Virus record (IMG/VR): IMGVR_UViG_3300042868_005761
Span: 96,001 to 160,000 of that record
Length of the DNA stretch: 64,000 nucleotides
Direction: 5' to 3' (one strand)
From: a virus
Shown here: piece after piece, positions 56,608 through 64,000 of the stretch
Position numbering within the stretch: position 1 is the stretch's first letter
How the letters are laid out: each line of letters opens with the position of its first letter
Notes under the pieces: model-generated
What the model was told of the DNA's origin: nothing
Database searches by the model: none
The model's input: the letters and a program-made list of their open reading frames with translations, nothing else
Made by a program: the position numbers and the translations under genes

Positions 56608-59022
56608 TTAGCCACCTATACCAGGAGAAGGATACGCGCCAAGGGGAGGAGTCTCTTTCTTACTCCAGACAATAGGAGCCATAATCTTTCTTAGTTCAGA
56701 CCTCTTCTTGACAGTTACTTCTTCAGTCTTGTCATATAAGCCATCCTCACCCATCTTAGCAATAGTAAGAATAGTAGCAGGATCTTCCTCTGATGCATCT
56801 ACACTTAAACCAGGACCATGAGTAACAGTTCCTTTGCTATGCATAGCATCAATGACTCCATATCCTTCTTTCATTTCAGCTGCGTCGTCTTGCTCACCAA
56901 GTGAACCTGAACTAACACCAACTTCATTACCCTTGCTATCAAGGCGATAGGAAACAAAGTCACCTACAGCAAAAGTTGGCGTTGACGGAGTTGTATAAGT
57001 TTTCTCAGGAGTATAAGTATCTTCGACTGAAGACTTAAAACTTTCCTCAATGGCAGTCTCAACAACTGGCTCATTGTAAACAAAGTCACCCATAACCCAA
57101 GGACCCTTAACTGAATCTTCAGTTCTCATACGTTCAATTTGTGCAGCTTTGGCATTTGCCCAGCTCTTGCCGCCATCACCACCCCAAAGATCCCAAGCAA
57201 TACGACCAGGAGAGGGAAAGCCTTCTTCGCCTTGGTTGAAGCCAGAAGCCTTCTTGTCAACCTCATGACGTGCAAAGAAACTCTTCATACGCATAACGGT
57301 AGAAGGAGAAAGCTCTTTCTTGTTCATAATGTCTCTAGCGCGAGCTACTCCAACGCCGGTACCACCGCGCTTGAACTCTGCACGCCACTCAAGGGCACGC
57401 TTAGCAGCTGAAGCCATACCAGGTGTTGGAACAAATCCCTCAGCGGCATCATCAATAGTAATAGTTTTTACCATCTCAGAAAACATTTCAGCCGACATAT
57501 CGTCAGCTAACTCCAGATTGAAATTACTAACTAGTAACTTCTTGATAGAGTCTAATAGTGATTGGCTATCAAGCTCAAACTTTGCAAGCTTCTCGTCTGC
57601 GATAGCTTTGCCAGATCGTAGTTCTTCAAGCTCTGCAATTACCTCAGGAGCAGGAATAGATTTTAATTTAATGTATTCGTCAACAATTGAAAGAATTTCT
57701 TTCTTATTGTCTTCTGATAGTACGGTGGGCATTTCTTGCTCCTCTTGATTAATTAAGTTAGTTTGGTCTTCCATAGGCTCTGTTTTGTTTGCAGAAACTA
57801 ATCCATCTGGGATAACAGCAAATCTGCAGTAACCATCAGGCTCTATAGTTTGGGAAATAATTTTACAACGATTTTCGCTAGCATGAAGAGCGCAGTTGCC
57901 GCACTTAACGCCAATACTGAGATTCTCATTCTCTGGGCCACTTTCATAGCCAACCCAAATACCAGGAGCCTTATCAAGAGGTCCAACTTTATTAGCAAGA
58001 GTCATCAGTGAGTCAGCTAGAGCCTTTTCCTCTTCTGAGAGTTGACTGTAAAGATCAACATAATCGTCTGCTATTTCGACTGGCACTGTCGCAACAGGAC
58101 CATTGTCAAAGCTAGCCATAATCTCTGAGTCGCTAATATCAGTAACCGCATTCTTAAAGCAATCGGTGACAACCATAGTAGTCTTGAAGTTATCTAGGTA
58201 TTGCTGAAGAGCGTCGCCGCCAACCTCTTTGTAATTCATTACTCGTGCATGAACATCAGCAGGATGTGTAACGTAAGCATAGCCACGATAGCGAAGACCG
58301 CTTGGGACGCCATAGGCTTTGGTCCCATCAATATCGTCGCCAATGTCCCATTCCATCTCATCAGTCTTGTAAGACTTACCGCTAATAGAATCGTAAAGAT
58401 CATTAGGAGTCATTTCAACACTAACTGTAAGATAGCGCCCATCAAGAGTTTTCTCTACAGCCTCTGGATCTGTAACAAGTCCCTTGACAAGTACCCATCC
58501 AAGGCCCTCAAAATCCTCATCGGTCATCATTCCAGACTTGGCAAGCTTCTTCATATAGGGAGCCATAGCAACGTCAGGAGCCTTAAGTATAAGGCCATCC
58601 TTGATCATTGTAGAACTAACATTATAAGCAGCCTTAGGGTTGTCTACCCAAGTCCCACCCATGGCACGACCAACTGCACCAACCTCTCTATTCTCAATTT
58701 TCTTACCATCAACAATAGCAACTTCCTTATGCATAGGTTTAATAGGAATATTGTATGGACTAGTAAGTGTAGGAATTGCATCTTTTAAATCAGATGGCAT
58801 ATAGATAAGGTTATTCTGAGTAGGTCTCATACCGTGAGTAACCTTTGTAAGAGTTACTAGACCAACCTTGTTCTCTGCCACGCCATCACTAATAAAGTAT
58901 TTAAAATCAAGAAAGTGTGGGCTCTTCTTATCCCAAACTTCATGGGTAAAATCGCCCTTAATACTATTAACAAAATAGTCCTGAACAATACCTTCTTGTA
59001 ATAGTCTCTTACTTATCTTCAT
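56608..59022 (-). CDS. Multidomain prohead protease (804 aa) with HiPIP-like Cys4 domain, coiled coil and two further C-terminal domains
   Basis: N-terminal 'NNLIY...PIKPMH...AVGR...TDPEAVEKTLDGRYLTVSV...AYVTHPAD' fits a caudoviral prohead protease; lies between portal and MCP. Confidence 0.75.
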   Translation of the reverse strand: MKISKRLLQEGIVQDYFVNSIKGDFTHEVWDKKSPHFLDFKYFISDGVAENKVGLVTLTKVTHGMRPTQNNLIYMPSDLKDAIPTLTSPYNIPIKPMHKEVAIVDGKKIENREVGAVGRAMGGTWVDNPKAAYNVSSTMIKDGLILKAPDVAMAPYMKKLAKSGMMTDEDFEGLGWVLVKGLVTDPEAVEKTLDGRYLTVSVEMTPNDLYDSISGKSYKTDEMEWDIGDDIDGTKAYGVPSGLRYRGYAYVTHPADVHARVMNYKEVGGDALQQYLDNFKTTMVVTDCFKNAVTDISDSEIMASFDNGPVATVPVEIADDYVDLYSQLSEEEKALADSLMTLANKVGPLDKAPGIWVGYESGPENENLSIGVKCGNCALHASENRCKIISQTIEPDGYCRFAVIPDGLVSANKTEPMEDQTNLINQEEQEMPTVLSEDNKKEILSIVDEYIKLKSIPAPEVIAELEELRSGKAIADEKLAKFELDSQSLLDSIKKLLVSNFNLELADDMSAEMFSEMVKTITIDDAAEGFVPTPGMASAAKRALEWRAEFKRGGTGVGVARARDIMNKKELSPSTVMRMKSFFARHEVDKKASGFNQGEEGFPSPGRIAWDLWGGDGGKSWANAKAAQIERMRTEDSVKGPWVMGDFVYNEPVVETAIEESFKSSVEDTYTPEKTYTTPSTPTFAVGDFVSYRLDSKGNEVGVSSGSLGEQDDAAEMKEGYGVIDAMHSKGTVTHGPGLSVDASEEDPATILTIAKMGEDGLYDKTEEVTVKKRSELRKIMAPIVWSKKETPPLGAYPSPGIGG

Positions 59023-59521
59023 TAGCCTTCCTTATAATGACTTTGCTATTAGGATGATCAGGCGGTAAATCATAATACTTACTATCTGAGATTTTTCTAT
59101 TATCTATTATAGACTGACTACTTTGATTATATACCTGGTATGATTCTTCGCCGCTATCCTTTAACGCATTGAAAACACCCCAGTTATAACTTCTCATTCT
59201 TTCTGTCTCATAGATAGTCATCATCCTATGACCAATAGTCTTAGCTGTGTCAGTTATAGTATTGCCTTGCCGATTGCGCATCTCAATATGTAACTTATCT
59301 ATAAAGAACTTCTGAACCTTCAACTGGAATTCTATGTTGCCAGTATGAGTCTCATTAGTTAAGTTAGAAGAGTCAGCATACTCAGAGTAGCCTTTTATAT
59401 AAGCCTTAATACTGTTATCTTTGAGCATAACAGAGAAACGCTCAAAAGCGGCATCAACGGTAAAATTAGGCTGAACGTCGTAGTCAGCCTTCTCCTTGAG
59501 ATGACTAACTAATCCATTCAC
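59009..59521 (-). CDS. MuF/SPP1 gp7-like minor head protein domain, probably translated as a portal extension
   Basis: 'IYETERMRSYNWG' and 'LPPDHPNSK' match the MuF motifs (I..TE..RA.N.G; PP.HPNCRC). The frame stays open upstream of the GTG as far as the A10 run at 59652-59661. Confidence 0.65.
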   Translation of the reverse strand: MNGLVSHLKEKADYDVQPNFTVDAAFERFSVMLKDNSIKAYIKGYSEYADSSNLTNETHTGNIEFQLKVQKFFIDKLHIEMRNRQGNTITDTAKTIGHRMMTIYETERMRSYNWGVFNALKDSGEESYQVYNQSSQSIIDNRKISDSKYYDLPPDHPNSKVIIRKANEDK

Positions 59522-59643
59522 ATCCTCTCGATATTCATCAAAGTCTAGGATACTGTTTGTAACTAGACTTCCTGGCCCACTTTTTGTGCCATGTTGATTT
59601 GATGGTCTAACGGCATTTGCATTAGCTTTACCGCTAGGAGACG

Positions 59644-61173
59644 CTATCGAATTTTTTTTTTAACAGCAGGTTTCTCAGAGGACTTAGTAGCCATCTTATT
59701 TTGTAATTCTCTTGCCTTGTTTAGATCAGAAGAAGACATAGGTGTTTTGTCACTTCTAGCAGAGGTTTCTGCAATAGGTGACATTGCGTTAGCTCCAAGT
59801 TTCAATAGCTCTTGGGCCTCTGTAATCATCTTGTAATAAGAGTGATCCCAGTCATCTTCCTGAGCAGCAGAAAGACCAATACGATCTCTGAGTTCATCAT
59901 GACTAATAGCACTATTCAACCAAAGTTGAATTGCTGCATTCTCTTTCTTTATTTGGTTCTCAACATCTATCTCTTTGAATCTTAAAGCAACTTTATTATC
60001 TGGGTCTAGCCAGTCAAAGCTATTCTCTTCGGTGCTTTCTTGTAAAAGAGGAACAATCAAATGAGCATAGATTTGTTCCTCGAAAACAAGCTGATCACTC
60101 TTTACTGAGTTGATAAGACTACTAGACATAGTAGCAGCGGTTGATCTGTTAGCTGTATCGCCTTCTCCAATATCAACAGTAGATAAACCAAGTGCAGCAA
60201 GAACACGCTTCTTGAAATAATCAAGGTAGCCCTCTGCTCTAAGCGAACGACCTTCTGCTCCAATCATTTTAATTTCATGACGCTCAGGGGTAACAAAGAA
60301 ACCTTCAGGAGGTTGGTTATTAATAACCTCAGTAACCATACTAATCTCATCTCTACCGTCTGGTAGAATAGTAGCAGGCATAGCGTCAGTGCCAATCTTG
60401 TACTGGACAATTGGAAAGATACTTTGGTGAAGTAGAACTTCTACATCTGTTTCAATGCGACGCAAAGCTTTGATATCTTCAATTGCTGCGCTGCATCTTG
60501 GAGTACCAACAATAAAACCTTCAAGCTTGTTAACATGAAAATGTATGATCTCACTAGGCTCATATACAGTAGTAGGACGAGTATTTTCCGTCCAGTCCTC
60601 TTCGCTGTATTGTCGATACTTTATGGGTTGTTTAAGGTCGTTGACCTTAACCTGGATCATACTGGTAGGAAGTACATGAAGTGAGCTAATTGGGGCTATC
60701 TTGCGCCCTTTAGAGTCTGTTCTAGTATAGCCACCAGATGTCTTGTCATTGCGTTTGACGAGAACAAAACAATTACTATATCTAATGATATTCTTGGCTA
60801 TGTCAGTTATGAATTGGCGAGGTGTAGTCCGGCTGACATAACAAACTTCCTTCAAACGGCGCTCTATGTACTCTACAAGATCTCGGTCTTTACCTATAAT
60901 CTCGTAACCTTCTTTCATAAATAAAGATAACTTTTTGTCAAAGCTAATTTGCAAGTAAGCTTCAATGGTGGCAATCTTGTCTATCTCTTTAAAGTCATGC
61001 TCTAGCTTTTGCCAGTCATTCATAAAGTATGGACGAGTTGTTCTATAGTTAAATACTGGATCTTTTGTTCTTTCTAAACTTGGCGCAGGTATCTTACTCT
61101 CCGCATCATCTATTGTTTGAATAGAAGATGCAAGATTCTTTAGATTAATAACTTGTGCTTTTAATTTAAACAT
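59644..61173 (-). CDS. Portal protein (509 aa)
   Basis: 'IIHFHV...FIVGTP...AIEDIKALRRIE...PIVQYKIG...YFKKRVLAALG...GEGDTANRSTA' are phage portal patterns; lies upstream of protease and MCP. Confidence 0.85.
   Translation of the reverse strand: MFKLKAQVINLKNLASSIQTIDDAESKIPAPSLERTKDPVFNYRTTRPYFMNDWQKLEHDFKEIDKIATIEAYLQISFDKKLSLFMKEGYEIIGKDRDLVEYIERRLKEVCYVSRTTPRQFITDIAKNIIRYSNCFVLVKRNDKTSGGYTRTDSKGRKIAPISSLHVLPTSMIQVKVNDLKQPIKYRQYSEEDWTENTRPTTVYEPSEIIHFHVNKLEGFIVGTPRCSAAIEDIKALRRIETDVEVLLHQSIFPIVQYKIGTDAMPATILPDGRDEISMVTEVINNQPPEGFFVTPERHEIKMIGAEGRSLRAEGYLDYFKKRVLAALGLSTVDIGEGDTANRSTAATMSSSLINSVKSDQLVFEEQIYAHLIVPLLQESTEENSFDWLDPDNKVALRFKEIDVENQIKKENAAIQLWLNSAISHDELRDRIGLSAAQEDDWDHSYYKMITEAQELLKLGANAMSPIAETSARSDKTPMSSSDLNKARELQNKMATKSSEKPAVKKKIR
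59652..59661 (-). other. A10 slippery homopolymer at the 3' end of the portal gene (candidate frameshift/slippage site)
   Basis: GTT AAA AAA AAA ATT CGA TAG in frame 0; the -1 frame runs without a stop into 59009..59521. Confidence 0.6.
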
Positions 61174-63439
61174 TGTCTACGTTTGCTCCTAATGCAACTC
61201 GTCTCCAGAAATCCAGACTTTCACCTTTGCTTATTATAGACGATTTTGCTCTATCGCAATTAGTAAGATTAAATCTACTATCAGTTGCAGGATTTATTAA
61301 GTATCTAATCGGCTTTGTCTTTTTGTTACTCTTGTTATTCCTTGCCTTTTCCTGGTAAACAGGTTGGCTATTGAAGTACTCCTTCATTGGGAAGTCACTA
61401 TTAGGATCCGGATCCCAGGGATCCCATGGGCTTTCATTTGTTAGGTTACCATTATCATCTTTCATAGGAATGCAAGGTTCAATTCCCTTAGAGGTTGCTG
61501 CTTTGTAAACTCCTAGAGCAAAAGCTAGAGTCTGAGACAAGGCCATAATCTTTGTACAGAGAACAATATTGGTATCAGCTTGAGTACCCATCAAAGCCTT
61601 CAAGGCATCAAGGCCATACTTTACAATGTCTGACTGAGAAGAAACCCAATCAATAAAGTCATATATTACAGACTTAATCATTTCGATTGAGTCAAGAGCA
61701 TCACCTTTACCAAAGAGAGGATTGGTTATTGTTGATAGGAACTTCATACCATTGTTATTCAATGCTCCTTCTAGAGCTGTCCCTACAGCTTGCTGATCTA
61801 CTCCAATCTCACCATTGCTATTGTTAAAGTATGTTTGGCTAAACTTTGTAAGTGCGCTTATTTTGCTTTCATCTGCTGTGCCTGAATTCACCCAGTTTGA
61901 GAGTTCTTCAGTTGTAAAGCCATATTGCTTACCAGCCTTATCAATATCTTGGACACTGATAAGACTATTAATAGTACACAAAGCATAGTTGGGCAAAGGG
62001 CTAATGTTTGCACGAATACTCATTTGTAAGAGATTTAGAAGAGGCTCAACAATTCCACGCAAAATAAGATCTCTTAGGAAATTTAATCCAAAGTTTGCAT
62101 TTGCAGAGAATATCTCAGACCAAGTGTAGACTAGAAGTCCACCTAGACTTGCAATAACAAATAATAACTCAAGCGGACACAAAGAGCCAAGTCGGAGAAG
62201 AGAACAGTAATTAGCTTTTAACTGAAACTCAATGTCACTGGCAAACCTTATTTTTGCAAGAAGAGCTTTCGTAATTTGTAATTGTTCTTTAAGTTTTACT
62301 TCGAGATCAATACCAAATACAAAGTCACTCCCTTTAAATATGTCCCCCGGACCTTTGATATCTCCTAACTTATTTGCAAGTTTAGTCCACTCCCCACCAA
62401 AGCAATCATAACAGCCTTCCCAGTTTGTAACTAGGTCTCCTAGGTTCTTAGCAGGTTCTCCTATAGCTCTTGCCTTGACATTTGACGGCTCTTTGCCTCT
62501 CATTAGAACGTCAATAGCGCTATTTTGCTTGTCTATGCCATTGAGGGTACTCTCTATACCATGAACGACTTCCCTAGTCTTCTGTGCCTCATTAAACAAA
62601 GGTATTAGTCCAACTTTTGCACTAATATTATCTTCACTTAGTTTTATTTCATTTTGAGCTAAAGCTGTTTCAAGTCCGAACATATCTCTAAAAATATCAA
62701 ATTCTTCATAGACTTTAAATCTTTTATCTTCTTCTAGGTTATTAAGCCAAACAGATGCCATCTTTCCAAAAGTCTTTTTAGGCTCAGGGTCATAGTCTTT
62801 CTTAACAGTTTTTTCTGCTTGATATGCATAAGCTAATTTAATTACTTCACCATACTTTGAATTAAGATCCTCTTCTTCTTCCATGCCAACCATTGGATCA
62901 TTTTTTATATCTTTTGTAGCAGACCTTAATTGATTGTCAGCTTTGAGCTCTCGGTATAGTTTTGTGTACCTTTTAAGTTCTTGCATTTCCTGATAGGTTA
63001 ACTTTCCTTTCTGGTGAGTAGGAAATAGGAAGTCTGCAAGTAAACATTGATCATGGTCTTCTTTTTCATAAGCAACGCTATAGTTTATATCTTCTAGTCT
63101 TTCTGCTGTGACTTTCAAGAAATTATCCAGGATAGCAGCTTGTCTCTTTGCTTCTTCTCTGTTCTCCTTGCGCAAGGCTTCTGCTGCAAGAGAGTCAATG
63201 TTCTTTCCCTTGCCGTTGTAAAGCTTAGTATCTAAGATTTGATTGTATTCTTTATTAGGCTCTATGCTAGAAAGAAGATCTTTAATAAGACCATTCAGTT
63301 CACTCTTAGAAAGCTTATTTACATCTTTGTTTTCTAGTCTTTCATTGTTACCATCAGGACTAAGTTCTTCTAGTGTAATATCTTGTTGTGTATTTGTTAT
63401 CGAAAAGATTTGTCTTTTCTGTAAAGGAAGTCTTTCCAT
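61166..63439 (-). CDS. Hypothetical protein (757 aa), helical with hydrophobic segments
   Basis: Long co-oriented ORF overlapping the portal start by 8 nt; hydrophobic stretch LELLFVIASLGGLLVYTW; scattered Cys. Confidence 0.75.
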   Translation of the reverse strand: MERLPLQKRQIFSITNTQQDITLEELSPDGNNERLENKDVNKLSKSELNGLIKDLLSSIEPNKEYNQILDTKLYNGKGKNIDSLAAEALRKENREEAKRQAAILDNFLKVTAERLEDINYSVAYEKEDHDQCLLADFLFPTHQKGKLTYQEMQELKRYTKLYRELKADNQLRSATKDIKNDPMVGMEEEEDLNSKYGEVIKLAYAYQAEKTVKKDYDPEPKKTFGKMASVWLNNLEEDKRFKVYEEFDIFRDMFGLETALAQNEIKLSEDNISAKVGLIPLFNEAQKTREVVHGIESTLNGIDKQNSAIDVLMRGKEPSNVKARAIGEPAKNLGDLVTNWEGCYDCFGGEWTKLANKLGDIKGPGDIFKGSDFVFGIDLEVKLKEQLQITKALLAKIRFASDIEFQLKANYCSLLRLGSLCPLELLFVIASLGGLLVYTWSEIFSANANFGLNFLRDLILRGIVEPLLNLLQMSIRANISPLPNYALCTINSLISVQDIDKAGKQYGFTTEELSNWVNSGTADESKISALTKFSQTYFNNSNGEIGVDQQAVGTALEGALNNNGMKFLSTITNPLFGKGDALDSIEMIKSVIYDFIDWVSSQSDIVKYGLDALKALMGTQADTNIVLCTKIMALSQTLAFALGVYKAATSKGIEPCIPMKDDNGNLTNESPWDPWDPDPNSDFPMKEYFNSQPVYQEKARNNKSNKKTKPIRYLINPATDSRFNLTNCDRAKSSIISKGESLDFWRRVALGANVDNV

Positions 63440-63442
63440 TTT

Positions 63443-63892
63443 TTATCCTGCTAGGGTTGTCTCAGTCGCATTGATTTTGATTGTTGCCTCATTGAAAAAG
63501 TTTACACCATTTCCTTTAGGTACAAAAGTCTTTAACATAAGATATCTGCTTACTATAGCTCCAGGCTCAATATCTACTAGTGTAAGCGTATTGTTATATG
63601 GAAGGTTTTCCCAGTTCTGGTCTCTTATGTCTGCAGTTGCTGATTCCATTGGCATTAGCTGGTAAATAATTCCATTATTAGAAATAGGACCATTTACTAC
63701 TCCATTAATAGAAACAGCTACTGATATGTTAGTATAGCCAAGATTCTCATTCGTATTCTGAAGAGTAAGAGTCTGATAGCGATAAGATCCATCAGTCGTA
63801 TCATGGAAAGCTATTATCTTTGTATTTGTATTGTCTACCATCTGCTCAGATAAGCCAGTTACTGGATCGTTAATATATAGGGCAAGCGCCAT
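63443..63892 (-). CDS. Hypothetical beta-rich protein (149 aa)
   Basis: AAGGAG SD; co-oriented. Confidence 0.75.
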   Translation of the reverse strand: MALALYINDPVTGLSEQMVDNTNTKIIAFHDTTDGSYRYQTLTLQNTNENLGYTNISVAVSINGVVNGPISNNGIIYQLMPMESATADIRDQNWENLPYNNTLTLVDIEPGAIVSRYLMLKTFVPKGNGVNFFNEATIKINATETTLAG

Positions 63893-63901
63893 TTAGACTC
63901 C

Positions 63902-64000
63902 TTATTTAATTGTTCGACCACTTGGTCTTTGATAATTGTGACGAGAATTAAATACTGGAGCTATTGCTTGTCCCATATTTCCTTTCCCATCTCTAGTAAC
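63902..64000 (-). CDS. C-terminal end of an upstream gene (possibly terminase large subunit, by position only)
   Basis: Open frame VTRDGKGNMGQAIAPVFNSRHNYQRPSGRTIK* ending at a TAA that overlaps the SD of the next gene. Confidence 0.5.
   Translation of the reverse strand, partial: VTRDGKGNMGQAIAPVFNSRHNYQRPSGRTIK

Noticed and set aside
327-63665. Dozens of 60-195 aa plus-strand ORFs and alternative-frame minus-strand ORFs in the track
   Set aside because: They lie within long minus-strand genes, show no recognisable motifs, and are expected shadows of biased codon usage, especially in the capsid, sheath and Gly/Ala-rich genes.

Overview
The window is the complete virion-morphogenesis operon of a large contractile-tailed (myovirus-type, probably jumbo) bacteriophage. 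About 40 tightly packed genes lie on the minus strand in standard genetic code, often with TAATG-type stop/start overlaps. In transcription order (right to left) it holds: the end of an upstream gene, two hypothetical genes, portal, a MuF-like minor head domain, a multidomain prohead protease, a Dps/ferritin-like protein, a head decoration-like protein, major capsid protein, neck/head-tail genes, tail sheath, three tail-tube paralogues, two tail-assembly chaperones, two giant putative ejected proteins, peptidoglycan hydrolases, a 2732-aa baseplate hub, and baseplate wedge/fibre genes. Most notable: (1) a 2294-aa protein at the tape-measure locus carries a DFDGD motif plus colinear matches to both beta and beta' RNA polymerase motifs, making it a candidate single-chain virion RNA polymerase; (2) a Dps ferritin-like gene sits at the scaffold position with an acidic tail sharing an I-[ED]-D-A motif with capsid, protease and portal, suggesting capsid-loaded cargo, next to a protease with a HiPIP-like Cys4 domain; (3) an A10 run would fuse portal to the MuF domain by a -1 shift; (4) a duplicated M15 peptidase domain and an SLT-like lysozyme lie at the hub locus. 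All assignments come from motifs read by eye and gene order; no searches were run.
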